A DNA stretch of 64,000 nucleotides from Oscillibacter sp. (lineage in GTDB: Bacteria > Bacillota > Clostridia > Oscillospirales > Oscillospiraceae): assembly GCA_022791875.1 (NCBI GenBank), contig JAAVZX010000042.1:42911-106910 (forward strand). Reading direction: 5' to 3'. Below the pieces are notes generated by a model, which saw nothing but the letters and a program-made list of their open reading frames with translations, had not been told where the DNA came from and ran no database searches. The number at the start of each line of letters is the position of its first letter. The stretch's first letter is position 1. Both the position numbers and the translations under genes were made by a program. This document shows positions 19,095 through 29,922 of the stretch, in pieces.

Positions 19095-19595
19095 ATGGGA
19101 CACTTTTCATTAAAAATAAGGACAAGATGGCTACTTAGCGGAGCTTTACTGGTAGCCTTGATATTCTTCGCCTGGGTCTATGGATGGGGAGGTGGTCCTA
19201 TCAATGTCATGAACTTTTCAGCAGAGGATGTGGACTATATTAAAATCTATGGGCCCATTCAAGTTGCTAAAGTATCAGAAAAAGACGAAATTCAATCTGT
19301 CATTGATGCCGTAAATTCCTTTCGCCATACGGGAAACGAGTTAAAGCTGATTCCCAAATATGGATTGTTTCTTGGCGGAACAGCGTTGTATGAATTCCGC
19401 GTTTTCTTACTGGATGGAGAAGAATTTGAAGTTACTTTCGGTCTGAATAATGCTAGTCAGCCCCCTGCTGATACAGAGGTGAGTTATTGGTTTCCCGGTC
19501 GAGGCAAAATAATTCCTTTTTCCAGCACTTGTCGTGGTTCCATGGAGTTATTCTACGAGCTGCTTGAAAAAGGCAGTAAAGTGAATGGTTTCTGA
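19095..19595 (+). CDS. Membrane-anchored hypothetical protein
   Basis: Single N-terminal hydrophobic helix; 11 nt after the peptidase. Confidence 0.75.
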   Translation: MGHFSLKIRTRWLLSGALLVALIFFAWVYGWGGGPINVMNFSAEDVDYIKIYGPIQVAKVSEKDEIQSVIDAVNSFRHTGNELKLIPKYGLFLGGTALYEFRVFLLDGEEFEVTFGLNNASQPPADTEVSYWFPGRGKIIPFSSTCRGSMELFYELLEKGSKVNGF

Positions 19596-19637
19596 CTTGC
19601 ACAGGCTTCTGGACATCAGAACAGTCTTCACACTAAA

Positions 19638-20514
19638 GAGCCTATCCCAAAATAAAGGTTTTGAGGTATAATGGCTATGGGCGATAAAAATGAGCGAAAA
19701 AAAGCTATCAGGCGTGGACGATTTCAGATGAATTTTGGGAAGAGATCAAAGAGGAGATTCCGAAGAAAAATCGGGTTCCGGCAAAGAAATACAAGAATGC
19801 TCTCGGCCAAGGATGGAAACCGATGTCAGCAAGGAAGGCTCTGAAGGGCATATTCTATGTGCTGCGGACCGGCTGCCAGTGGAAAGCGCTACCCCGTGAG
19901 TACGGAAGCGGAAGTACTGTTTTCTTTGAAAAGATTTAGGGTAAAGGCCTGGAACGGTACAATGGGTTGGAAGGAATCGATTGGGAGCGGCAAAGTTTGG
20001 ACGGCTGCATGGTAAAAGCACCCCTGGCATTGGAGTGCGTTGGGAAGAATCCAATGGATCGAGGAAAAATGGGGACAAAACGCAGTGTACTGACAGATGA
20101 AAAGGGCCTTCCCCTATCGGTTGTTCTTTCTGGTGCCAACACCCATAGTGTGAATCTGTTGGAAGAAACCCTGGATCATATTGTGACATTGCGTCCGGAA
20201 CCGGATGAAGAACGTCCGCAGAATCTGTGCCTGGATGCAGGCTATACAGGCAGCAGGGAAAAGGTAGAACAGCGCGGGTATACGCCCCATATTCGGACCC
20301 GCGGCGAGGAGAAGAAAGAGTCGGAGCGCAATCCTGACTTCCGTGCCCGCCGCTGGATCGTTGAGGTTACTCACTCTTTTTTCAATCGCTTTCGTAAACT
20401 TTTGGTCCGTTTTGAAAAGAAGCCGCCAATTACCTTGCTCTCATTCAATTTGCCTGCGCTGTGATTGTTTGGCGCAAATTCATTCATGTTCATCAGTAAT
20501 TTCGGTATAGGCTC
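19638..20514 (+). mobile_element. IS5-family element with broken transposase
   Basis: Imperfect terminal IRs GAGCCTATCCCAAAAT / ATTTCGGTATAGGCTC, TAAA on both flanks; YVLRTGCQWKALP, SLDG, LDAGY, RWIVE. Confidence 0.85.
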
Positions 20515-20610
20515 TAAAAATGCACCGCCATGTTCGCAAATTGAACGTGGCGGTGTTTTTCTCAGAATTTTGCGGCCCCAACGCTTCGCAGAAAAATTTT
20601 TCCAAAAAGC

Positions 20611-20640
20611 TGTTGCATTTTCTTCGTTGGATCGTCTAAT
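20611..20640 (+). promoter_or_regulatory. Putative ECF sigma promoter
   Basis: TGTTGCA-N16-GTCTAAT about 100 bp upstream of 20737. Confidence 0.6.
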
Positions 20641-20736
20641 TAAATAGGGGATGCACAGAGCCTCAACACAAAAGCACAGAGGAAAAAGGGAGGGAATATT
20701 ATCCAATATCCCCTTAGATACATAATGGAGGTGAAC

Positions 20737-22716
20737 ATGAGAGTAACCAGATCATCCTGTATCCCGCGGATGCAGAAGCCAAAACCCGTGTCGAAGCCGG
20801 AACAGGCGCGGGCCGCCTCACCGGAGCAGGACCGCTTTGTCCCAGCCTCCGGCGGCGCAGAAGATGTCCCCGGCCTGCCCGCTCCGGTAGCATATGGGAC
20901 GGCGTCTCTGGACCTGGGGGAGAAAATTACATGCTTCACGGCGCTGCTGAGTCAGGATCAGGCATATATGAACAGCCCCTGCCGGGATTTTTTTGAAAAT
21001 CCCACAGGGCGCAGGCTGGCCTCCGCCCTGATTCTGGCGGACCCGGATACCCAGGCTGAAATCGCGGAGGAAATCGGAAGAGCCCAAACCCCGCCTGACA
21101 CCTCCGGCATCGACGTAAAGGCGATGCTCCAAAGCGGCAGTCCTCAGGCAGAGGAGCGGGTGCTGACCAGCTACAAGAGCGTCCTGGCCCGCAGGGCGTG
21201 TTCTACCGGCCTGACGGATACGGAGCGTCTTCTGGGCGCCCGGCTGGAGCGGATGGAGCAGGCCGCCCGAGGCTCTTTTCACCAGCGGATGCTGCCGGTT
21301 CTGAAGGAGATCGAAAAAGGCTTTTCAAATGCGGGACTTTCTTTTGACTGCAGAAAATCCTATTCTTTCCATCTGAACACGCCAGATTTCACCTTCTCCG
21401 TTTCCGGAGGAACGGACAGGGAAAACGCCCTGATAGAGAAAGTTATCAACACGTCCCAGCTTAAAACCGCAGTCAGCGCCTTCTGCGGGCATTGGAAAGA
21501 AGGCCGAACAACGAACCCCCGGATGGCAGAGCCGGCGTCAGGCACTCAGGCAGAATCTTCTGAAGCACCTGAGAATCCTCCGGAAATAAGCGCCAATATG
21601 AAGAAGCTCAAGGCGGCGTATGAGCGGAGCTGTATCGACCAGGTGCTGAAGAAGCGCTACGGATTTGGGGTAGATGATATCGAATGCGCAGAGGGCGCTG
21701 TCTCAGGGAAAACGGACGCGGCCTCGAAAGCCATTGAACAGGACCGTCCTGGATTTATGAAAGCAGTTGGGGATGCGCTCGTCCTTTTGCAGACGCATTA
21801 TCAGGGAAATCCGGAATTCCCGGAGGACATTTTCACGCTGGAGAACGGGAGGTTCCACGTTTTGTACGGAGCATCAGAAGGGAGTGATTCTGTGATTCAG
21901 GGCGTAGGGCCAAAGGCGGCGCCCGAGGTCCGGTCCGTTGCGGCGGGCGCGGCATCAGGAGGCGCGGACTTCCGTGCCATGATGGAAAACGCAGCGAAGG
22001 CGTCCGCACCTATGGAAGAAGCCTCCGGGACGGCAAAGGTTCCGCCCCTCCCGGACTTCTCCAAAATGAGCGACCAGCAGAAGCTGGAGGCCATTCGGGA
22101 GCTCCACGACCAGACGGACTACAGCGGCATGACAAACACGGAGAAATATGGACTCATTATCTCCCGCATAGAGAAAGCGTTTCCCACCTTTATGGCTATG
22201 CAGGCTGGTCTGTATGGTCCGATGGTCGTCACAGTACACTATGGTAGTGGGCCGAATGAATACACAGAGGATCAGATAGACACCATTCCCCAAAAACTGT
22301 GGGCAGAACGTGAGCGGCAGCTCAAAGACGCCAATGTCATATTACCAAAGCCAAGTAAAGGGAGCGAATTCCGTCGAGAGGCTCTTTATCCGGGAATGAG
22401 CGACCGTGAGATTTACAATACCCTGTGCAAAAAGTATAAAGGTAAATCGTTGGCAAACACCGTGAGTATGGGGCATGAATTGATGGCGTTGGATTTGGAC
22501 CTTCCAGAGGCAAAAGAGCTGGTAAACGCCCACAGGGTTATGCTGGATGTAATGAACGATTCCCTGGGCGTAGATGAAAACGGGCGCTTGTCCAAACTGA
22601 ATGGGTCGATGAGCCTGGACGAACTGCTGGAGACGTATTGGGGGGCCGCTCTGGATGCGTTTTCCAACAGTTGGGCCAAGACCGTGGATGAGTTGTTGGA
22701 AGAACTTATCAAATAG
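20737..22716 (+). CDS. Large hypothetical protein, no signal peptide, possible DUF4885-like segment
   Basis: GGAGGTG RBS; 659 aa; GC drops in the last ~550 nt. Confidence 0.75.
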   Translation: MRVTRSSCIPRMQKPKPVSKPEQARAASPEQDRFVPASGGAEDVPGLPAPVAYGTASLDLGEKITCFTALLSQDQAYMNSPCRDFFENPTGRRLASALILADPDTQAEIAEEIGRAQTPPDTSGIDVKAMLQSGSPQAEERVLTSYKSVLARRACSTGLTDTERLLGARLERMEQAARGSFHQRMLPVLKEIEKGFSNAGLSFDCRKSYSFHLNTPDFTFSVSGGTDRENALIEKVINTSQLKTAVSAFCGHWKEGRTTNPRMAEPASGTQAESSEAPENPPEISANMKKLKAAYERSCIDQVLKKRYGFGVDDIECAEGAVSGKTDAASKAIEQDRPGFMKAVGDALVLLQTHYQGNPEFPEDIFTLENGRFHVLYGASEGSDSVIQGVGPKAAPEVRSVAAGAASGGADFRAMMENAAKASAPMEEASGTAKVPPLPDFSKMSDQQKLEAIRELHDQTDYSGMTNTEKYGLIISRIEKAFPTFMAMQAGLYGPMVVTVHYGSGPNEYTEDQIDTIPQKLWAERERQLKDANVILPKPSKGSEFRREALYPGMSDREIYNTLCKKYKGKSLANTVSMGHELMALDLDLPEAKELVNAHRVMLDVMNDSLGVDENGRLSKLNGSMSLDELLETYWGAALDAFSNSWAKTVDELLEELIK

Positions 22717-22746
22717 GAACTGATCAAATAAGAGAGGATTAAAAAG

Positions 22747-25308
22747 ATGAACAAACGATTTTGGGCCATGCTTGTGGCAATAATTATGGTGTTTACTTTG
22801 ACGGGTCCCATGACTGCCATGGCTATAGAAGAAGATGAATTGGTAGTTACAGATACATCCCTTGATGCCGCTGAGGTCGATGATGGGGAAATTTCTGACT
22901 CCGATGTATCTCTGCCCGAAGACTCTGTAATGGAAAATAACACCGATGTACAGCAGGACGAAGAAGCGTCTTCTGAAGAAAGCAACAATGAGACGATTGA
23001 CAAGGATGAGTCTGTAGTCTCTGATGGCGAATCCGACATCGAAAACGCTCCAAACGAGGACGAAGGAGTAAAAACAGGAGAAGAGAATTCAACAGATATT
23101 CCCAATAGCAACATATCCAGCGAAGAACCTTCCCAGATGGATGAGAATATCTCCAATTCTGAAATTGCCGTCCTTCCTTCTGATGGTGATATTTCACCTC
23201 AAGCTGCCGGTGGAACTAAATTAACTGCTTTCAGTATTGCCTCTATTCAGGGATACGTTAAGTCAGGGGATGAAACTGTAAAAATCAGCGAATCTCTTAG
23301 CCTTTCTTCTCAGAAATATAACAAAGAGACTTCTTATACCACCACACACTTTTTTGACTCTAGCGAACCAATTATCATTACCTATTATCGTGAAGGTTAC
23401 GGCTATGTTGACGGATTTGATGATGAACAAACATCATCGTATACCATGCTGACTGATAGGGCTTATAATTATACATATGGCTCTGACGGCAGTGCCGTTG
23501 CTTGGTATCGAGATATGAAAGTGGTTCAGATTGATCCCGCCCTCTCAGAACTCCATTTCACTTTTACTGCAAGATCCAAAGATGTCTATAACAAGGATGA
23601 GTATGTTCGGGAACTGACAATCAAGCTGATTGACGAGAGAGCAGATTTCCACGGTACGCCAAGGTTTGTTCTGGACAGCAGCAAGAGCTACTACGTTCTG
23701 GAAGGTGTAGACAGCTCCATGGAATACCGTTTGGGAAAGAGCAGAACTTGGAAACCGTGTACAGACGAGGAAATGCACTTTGACATTCCTACTACCGATA
23801 CCATATACGGCGTCCGCTATGCCGCAAGTGAAAGCGCCCCAGAATCCAAGTATACTGAAATTGTTTTGCCGGGCCGCCCCACTGCTCCTAACGTTTCAAT
23901 TAACTGGCTTGATGAGTCCTTCAAAAACCTCACAACCTCTATGGAGTATCAATTCGGCGGAGGAGACTACATGCCTGTAGATGAAAATGTAATTGCCGAG
24001 GGTGTTACTCCTTTCATAGATCAGGTGGGGGAAACCTATCCGGTGGCGCTTCGTTTCCGCAAATCGGCTACCGCAACGGCACCTGTAAGCAGTACTGTCA
24101 CATTCAATCTCTATCCCCGCAGTCCGGAACCGACACTGCCTGTTTTGAACTCCAATACCTATGTGTTTTCTGGAATGACCTCTTCAATTCAGTATCTGCT
24201 GCCAGGAGACAAATCATGGAGGACAACATCATCTGCCACTCTCAACGTGAGTGCATACGCACTGGCGGATGAAAGTGTCAGGATTTACTTCCGCTCTTCC
24301 GGAACCAAAACGACGATGGTATCCAAACCACTCTATATTGATCTTCCTCGGCTTGCTGCAGCTCCGGTGCTGCATCTCGACTACAAAAACGAAACCGTCA
24401 CCGGCCTCCAGTCTGGAGTTGTTTATCAATACCGCACAGGAACAGGCACCTGGAAAACACTCAGTTTCAAGGATGGCACTGCGAATATCAGTGGCTGTAT
24501 TTCCGGCAGCGCCGATGTACTTTTGAGCATCAGGGCTGCGGCCACGGAAATCTCGAGACTGACGGATGCCTGGCAGGTCACACTTCCCAAACGTCCAGCG
24601 GCCCCCTCTGCGGTCAGTTTTGAGTTCAACAACCCGTCTTATCCTGGCCGTGCCGTGCTGAACGGTGTATCCAGCGCTTATGAGTATATGCTGAAGGGCT
24701 CAACTGAGTGGACAAGCTGTAATAGTTCTCAAGTGGTATTCGATCTGCCCACAGCGGGAAAAACCTACTATGTCCGGTTGAAATGCACTTCTTCCTCTTT
24801 CGCCTCATATAACAAAGTGCTGACGCTTTATGCTCCCGCCTCCGCTCCAACCAATAAGCTCAATACAACAACAGAGGTCATTACAATTGCGGCGACTATG
24901 GAATACCGGATTGATAACGGCAGCTACACAACCATGCCAAGCGGAACTACAACTTTCTCTGCAACCGATCTCATCAATGCGCTTTCCGGTTCCAACACCC
25001 GGATGATCACACTTCGCTATGCCGCTACCGCCACAAGGCCAGCCAGCAAAGAAAAGGTGATTACGTTGGTTGCCCGCCGTGCTGCACCCAATACTGTAGT
25101 ATACAACGCAGGTAGCCAAACTGTCAGTGGAACATCTTCTTCTATGCAGTATCGTGCTGTTGGAAGCGAAAAGTGGCTGGCTATTTCCAAAACTTCTTTT
25201 TCTGTATCGTCTTTGGTGAGTGGAAACACAAATCTTGTTCTTGAGTTCCGCTATAAGCCAACATCGTCCTTGGTTGGCTCCTATGTACAGAGGGTTAACT
25301 GCTTTTGA
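22747..25308 (+). CDS. Secreted protein with acidic pro-region and seven ~75-80 aa beta-rich repeats (DUF4073-like)
   Basis: Signal peptide; D/E/S-rich segment; repeated G-x-x-x-x-MEY/QY..W..R..P-x-x-P units. Confidence 0.8.
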   Translation: MNKRFWAMLVAIIMVFTLTGPMTAMAIEEDELVVTDTSLDAAEVDDGEISDSDVSLPEDSVMENNTDVQQDEEASSEESNNETIDKDESVVSDGESDIENAPNEDEGVKTGEENSTDIPNSNISSEEPSQMDENISNSEIAVLPSDGDISPQAAGGTKLTAFSIASIQGYVKSGDETVKISESLSLSSQKYNKETSYTTTHFFDSSEPIIITYYREGYGYVDGFDDEQTSSYTMLTDRAYNYTYGSDGSAVAWYRDMKVVQIDPALSELHFTFTARSKDVYNKDEYVRELTIKLIDERADFHGTPRFVLDSSKSYYVLEGVDSSMEYRLGKSRTWKPCTDEEMHFDIPTTDTIYGVRYAASESAPESKYTEIVLPGRPTAPNVSINWLDESFKNLTTSMEYQFGGGDYMPVDENVIAEGVTPFIDQVGETYPVALRFRKSATATAPVSSTVTFNLYPRSPEPTLPVLNSNTYVFSGMTSSIQYLLPGDKSWRTTSSATLNVSAYALADESVRIYFRSSGTKTTMVSKPLYIDLPRLAAAPVLHLDYKNETVTGLQSGVVYQYRTGTGTWKTLSFKDGTANISGCISGSADVLLSIRAAATEISRLTDAWQVTLPKRPAAPSAVSFEFNNPSYPGRAVLNGVSSAYEYMLKGSTEWTSCNSSQVVFDLPTAGKTYYVRLKCTSSSFASYNKVLTLYAPASAPTNKLNTTTEVITIAATMEYRIDNGSYTTMPSGTTTFSATDLINALSGSNTRMITLRYAATATRPASKEKVITLVARRAAPNTVVYNAGSQTVSGTSSSMQYRAVGSEKWLAISKTSFSVSSLVSGNTNLVLEFRYKPTSSLVGSYVQRVNCF

Positions 25309-25489
25309 TTAAGAGAAGTTATCAGTTTTAACGACTTTATCCTCCGAAAAATATACAAGTCTTTGGGAGCGCTCCATTAAAATATTGTATGATAATGAGG
25401 CGTTCCCTTCAATCCCATCTAAATCCATTTATGAAGGATGACCCGCTATCAATAGATTGTTCATTACATAACAAAGCCAATATAATTGG

Positions 25490-26706
25490 CTATAAATGAG
25501 CAAATCTGAAAAATGACAAAAAAGAAGGCAAAGCCTCAAGTGTTATAATGGGAGCGCGACCAACCACAAAACACGAGAGGGAATGCCTTGTGGAGATTAT
25601 AACACCGAGAGAGCAGATACGCAAATTTTTTTATGAGAAACACTTCGACTTTTTGACCAGCGTACCCCAGCAGCGGGTACAGGAAATGATCCTGTCCAGT
25701 TGTATGAAGGGACATAGCGGAAAAATGTCGGACTATGGCGGGCGCGGTCCAGTCCACCGGACGACCTATGGCCATTTTCTGGCAAAGGGAAAGTGGGATG
25801 ACGAACGGCTGGAAGAAACGCAAAAACGCGAGGTTTTTCAGACTGTTTCGGAACTTTCACATCGAGATGGAACACCTCTTTTTATCAGCATCGACGACAC
25901 GGTCCTGCCCAAAACAGTGCCTTCTTCAAAGGCAAAGCGTCCGACAGAAGGAACCGGGTGGCACTACTCCCACCTGGAGGGAAAAGTTGTCTATGGACAT
26001 CAGGTTCATGCTGCCATCGTTGGGACCGGAGATACCTCATTGTGCTATTCCCTGAAACGTTGCTGCCCGGAAAACGGCACGAAAATCGACATGACCCTGG
26101 ACGTCATTCGATCTCTCCCGGATCAAGCGGGCGCTTACATCCTGATGGACAGTTGGTACACCAACCCCGGCGTTCTCAACGCCTGCCGGGAGAAGGGGTG
26201 CCATTTGATCGGTGCGATGAAAACCAACCGTATCCTATTCCCAGAAGGGAAACGTACCTCTGCCTCCAATCTGGCCGCCTCTCTCGCCCCCGGCTGTTTT
26301 CGCCCTGTAACGGTGAAAGGTCGGACCTATATGGTGTATCGCTACAAGGGGCCTCTGAACAAAATTGACCACGCTGTGGTTCTGCTCTCCTACCCGGCAA
26401 GTGCAATGGGCAAGAAATGTGCCCTCCGGGTATTTCTGTGTTCTGATCCCAGCCTTCCTGATGAAATGATCCTGGAATACTATTCTCACCGCTGGACCAT
26501 CGAAGTATTGTTCCGCTCCCATAAGCGCTATATGGGCTTAAAAGGTTTCATGGTTCGAGCTGCAAAAGCCATTGATCGTCTGCTGCTTGTTTTGGCCCTT
26601 GCCCATTTCTTCTTTTCCTGCGGTCTGGGCCACATTGTGCCCTTCCACATCGGTCTTCACATCTGCAGGACCGCTTTCGTCAATTCCTGAATTTGCTCAT
26701 TTATAG
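25490..26706 (+). mobile_element. Intact IS (IS701-like)
   Basis: Perfect 16-bp IR CTATAAATGAGCAAAT; 8-bp target duplication ATAATTGG (25482-25489, 26707-26714). Confidence 0.92.
25548..26690 (+). CDS. DDE transposase, IS701-like
   Basis: IDDT, MDSWY, RWTIEVLFRSHK. Confidence 0.88.
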   Translation: MGARPTTKHERECLVEIITPREQIRKFFYEKHFDFLTSVPQQRVQEMILSSCMKGHSGKMSDYGGRGPVHRTTYGHFLAKGKWDDERLEETQKREVFQTVSELSHRDGTPLFISIDDTVLPKTVPSSKAKRPTEGTGWHYSHLEGKVVYGHQVHAAIVGTGDTSLCYSLKRCCPENGTKIDMTLDVIRSLPDQAGAYILMDSWYTNPGVLNACREKGCHLIGAMKTNRILFPEGKRTSASNLAASLAPGCFRPVTVKGRTYMVYRYKGPLNKIDHAVVLLSYPASAMGKKCALRVFLCSDPSLPDEMILEYYSHRWTIEVLFRSHKRYMGLKGFMVRAAKAIDRLLLVLALAHFFFSCGLGHIVPFHIGLHICRTAFVNS

Positions 26707-26742
26707 ATAATTGGGTAATATTAAATGTAAAGGAGTATAAAA

Positions 26743-27987
26743 ATGTCTAATAATGCAAGAAAGGTATTAGCCATTTTGTTTGTAATGGTCTGCATCGTGG
26801 TATGCGGCCCAACAGGTGCTTTTGCCGAAGAGTTTGAAGTTTCTGATTCCACACCGTATATGGTGTCGGATGTTATTGCAGCCGAGGGCAGCAGCAAAAC
26901 CTATCAATTTACGGTAGATCACTCCTTGTATCCCAATATCTATCTCTATGCCTATACTTCCGGCTCCACTCCGGGAAATTCCTCCGTTTATGTGAGAGAC
27001 GAAAACAACAAAGCGTATGCGTCAGTTCACTTAACAACAATTGCACGCTCCGCAGGTACTCCGGTGAAACCGAAAGGATACAGCTCTTTTTCCAACTCCA
27101 CTGGAGAAACGAAAACCTATATCGTGCGTGTCAATGCCGCCTCAGACAACGCTGGTTATACTTTTATTGTTACTCCCGAGGATAATCTTGCGAAATATTT
27201 AGGCGGCAGGGAGCATGCCGCCACAGTGGGAAGTACCATACAGCAACGTGGAATTACCAACTACATTACAGGCTACGAAATTCTTATGAATGGCGAGGGA
27301 GATTGGTACCGTTACACTCCTACATCCAATGTTGGTACTTACATTGCAAACCGTGTAGAGGGAATCCGACCGACCGCATTTGAAGTATATGATACGGAAA
27401 CTGGCGAACGAATTTATCAGTCAGACAACGAAGATCAATATACTTATACCAATTTATCTGTTGTTGCAACAATTATGCAGGAACGGTTGGAGCTGGTCGT
27501 AGGACGAGAATACCTCATTCATTATTACGCGCCTGCGAGTATCAGTGTCAGTGATCCAAGCACAACTTATCGTATATATGTTGGTCTACCCAGTGTAAGA
27601 AGCGAGACTATCAAATATACAACTCCAACTTCCTATACAATCAGCGCAAATAGAAAGACGACTCTCAGAATCAACGTAACAGGGCAATCCGATCTTCTTA
27701 GGCTTGGAACTAATGGAAGCCTTAGTGTTAATGCAGGTTCTAATCTTAATAATGCTTATATTACAAGCTGTAAAATTACTGCACCTAATGGAAAGACTTT
27801 CATTGCAACAAATGGCCGGGTTCCTGATTTGGGGATTGAACCTGATCTTGTAGATTTCCTGGAAAACACAAATAATATTCCCCTTAATGGTCTGTGGACA
27901 ATTGAAATACAAGCAGAAAAGACGTTAAATGTGAAATTTACAATCAGCGGATCAGCAGTGGCGCTCAATCGGAATACAGCACCGTAA
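26743..27987 (+). CDS. Secreted beta-rich protein
   Basis: AAGGAG RBS; signal peptide ending AFA; C-terminal ITAPNG..NGLWTIEI recalls P-domain-like sandwiches. Confidence 0.75.
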   Translation: MSNNARKVLAILFVMVCIVVCGPTGAFAEEFEVSDSTPYMVSDVIAAEGSSKTYQFTVDHSLYPNIYLYAYTSGSTPGNSSVYVRDENNKAYASVHLTTIARSAGTPVKPKGYSSFSNSTGETKTYIVRVNAASDNAGYTFIVTPEDNLAKYLGGREHAATVGSTIQQRGITNYITGYEILMNGEGDWYRYTPTSNVGTYIANRVEGIRPTAFEVYDTETGERIYQSDNEDQYTYTNLSVVATIMQERLELVVGREYLIHYYAPASISVSDPSTTYRIYVGLPSVRSETIKYTTPTSYTISANRKTTLRINVTGQSDLLRLGTNGSLSVNAGSNLNNAYITSCKITAPNGKTFIATNGRVPDLGIEPDLVDFLENTNNIPLNGLWTIEIQAEKTLNVKFTISGSAVALNRNTAP

Positions 27988-28007
27988 AATTATCCAGAAT
28001 TCGCCGG

Positions 28008-28055
28008 CATCTACGCACGGGTGGGCTGTTATGCCTACCCGTGCAGGATGCTTTT
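28008..28055 (+). terminator. Terminator-like hairpin
   Basis: GCACGGGTGGGC-TGTTAT-GCCTACCCGTGC with outer GCATC/GATGC and T4. Confidence 0.55.
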
Positions 28056-28099
28056 ATAAAAGAAGGAGCTTAATCAGCCGAACTTTGTGGAGGTTCTAT

Positions 28100-29128
28100 A
28101 TGAACGAAATAATCAACCTGCGGAAAAATACCGCCCCCGTTATATCTGCCCCACCTGATTCAGCACAAACCTTCAGCTGCCCCCAAGAGAAGGAAGCTCA
28201 AAAATTTATAGAGTCCATCCCCAAAAGGGATGCCTACGACCCAGCCCGGCCCTCCGGAAAGCCCGCGCCGGATATGCCGGAGGTCCGTCGCCTCCTGACG
28301 GGCGGAGAGCCTTTGCAGATCCAGCACCGCATCGCCAACGCCTTTGAGGAGTATTTTCAAGGGACCATAGACCAGACCGCCCTGTTCAAAACCCTGGACA
28401 ACGCGGTTTCCTCTATGGTGTCCCACTGCGCTGAGTACGGCTATAACGCCGAAGAAATTGCCCCGAAGGTGATCCAGCACGTCTATGAGCTCAGCCGCTC
28501 CGATATCGTCCGCGGGGCATACAACGCCAGCTACAAGGAGGGCCGTCAGGTTGGCCGTGAATTGGGCGTCACCAGCAGCTGCTGGGCCTACTACAACGCA
28601 GACTACTACTATGGTTCCGAAGGCCTCATCGACAGCGTCCACAGCCACATGGAGGCGCTGGGCCTGCGCTACAGCGGCACGCCCTTGGACTTGGCCCGGG
28701 ATTTCCCCGAAGGGGACCTGCGCAACCAGTTCTACGCCTCCTACAACGCCTCCGTGAACGCGGGGATGCGCCAGACCTGCGGGAACATGATTGACGAGGC
28801 CCTGGCTCCGCCGAAGGGCTTCCGCATGTTCTTCGACCCCAACGGCAAGGGCATGAACCGGTATCCGGCCTCTATGGGGAAGGTGGAATCCCCAGAGTCC
28901 GCCTTTGACGGCGCGGTGTACATCCAGTGCGGCGACTGGCGCTTTGAGCATCGGGTCCCTATCCGGATGGACCCCACCCGCTTCCCGGTGAGCGTCCATC
29001 TGCTGGACGTGGTGCGGGCGGCGGGGACGCCGGTGCCCGATGGGCTGGAGACGTTTCTGGGGAACTTCGACTTCTTTGCAACCAATGTCGGCAAGCTCTA
29101 CACGGATGCCCACAAGCGCCGATATTGA
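28100..29128 (+). CDS. Hypothetical protein, GC-rich relative to neighbours
   Basis: GGAGG RBS; 342 aa; strong GC3 bias. Confidence 0.75.
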   Translation: MNEIINLRKNTAPVISAPPDSAQTFSCPQEKEAQKFIESIPKRDAYDPARPSGKPAPDMPEVRRLLTGGEPLQIQHRIANAFEEYFQGTIDQTALFKTLDNAVSSMVSHCAEYGYNAEEIAPKVIQHVYELSRSDIVRGAYNASYKEGRQVGRELGVTSSCWAYYNADYYYGSEGLIDSVHSHMEALGLRYSGTPLDLARDFPEGDLRNQFYASYNASVNAGMRQTCGNMIDEALAPPKGFRMFFDPNGKGMNRYPASMGKVESPESAFDGAVYIQCGDWRFEHRVPIRMDPTRFPVSVHLLDVVRAAGTPVPDGLETFLGNFDFFATNVGKLYTDAHKRRY

Positions 29129-29559
29129 CGGTTCAGGGCCTCCCGGGGCCTGTCTGGACGCGGCTGACCAGGGCAACACGCCGTAGTATTGGTCCGTGGG
29201 CGCGGGGGCATTGTAGAGGGCGGCAAGGGTGTAGGCTTTGATGCTGTCGATGGGGCTGGGGGAGGATAGGATTCGTTTTATTTTTCTCCTTCTCTTTTTT
29301 CTCAGCCCTTATTAGCTGCCTGTTCCATACAGCCCGAACCGCCTCCTCCGGACGCTTTGGACTGTCCCTTTTGTGCAGTTTGGACCACCTCTTTCGACTG
29401 AACCACATGGCCCACATGTAAGCGTTAAATCCCTCAAACCTTGCCAGGAGGCAGCAGAAGAGAGAAAATTCAATAGAATATGATGAAGTGCCGTGTACTC
29501 TCAGATAGTACACGGCACTTTATGTAATCGAAAGCTTTTTGGGGGATTTGATGCTTGCA

Positions 29560-29760
29560 TTAGAAGCGGCGCTGGTCTTATCCTTTGTACATGAAGAGAC
29601 GGCTCGCCTGTACAGCCGAAGGGTATGGCCGACTGCCCATAGACCAGGTAGCGGTGGAAAAAGCATGGTGAGTGGGCGGCTGGCGGTGACAGACTCCACC
29701 CATGTGAAGGCCAACGCATCCACAGCTTCAGAGCAGGAAATGGGAACACAAGCTGATGTG
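29560..29760 (+). pseudogene. IS1182-family transposase fragment (limits approximate)
   Basis: GRLAVTDSTHVKANAS. Confidence 0.55.
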
Positions 29761-29922
29761 CCTCCTACGACGAGGTCTAGAGGCAGCGGAGGACTGCTGC
29801 CTCCTTTGTGCTACAGCTTTATACCTCAAAAGAACAATACGATGCATGTATTGACGCTGAGGGGCGTCTTTTTTCCTGCCTGAAGCCTCGTTCCCCTCCA
29901 TATTTCAGGCACTTTTAATATA

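Noticed and set aside
29133-29513. 126-aa minus-strand ORF, possibly transposase debris
   Set aside because: Low complexity and no family I can support
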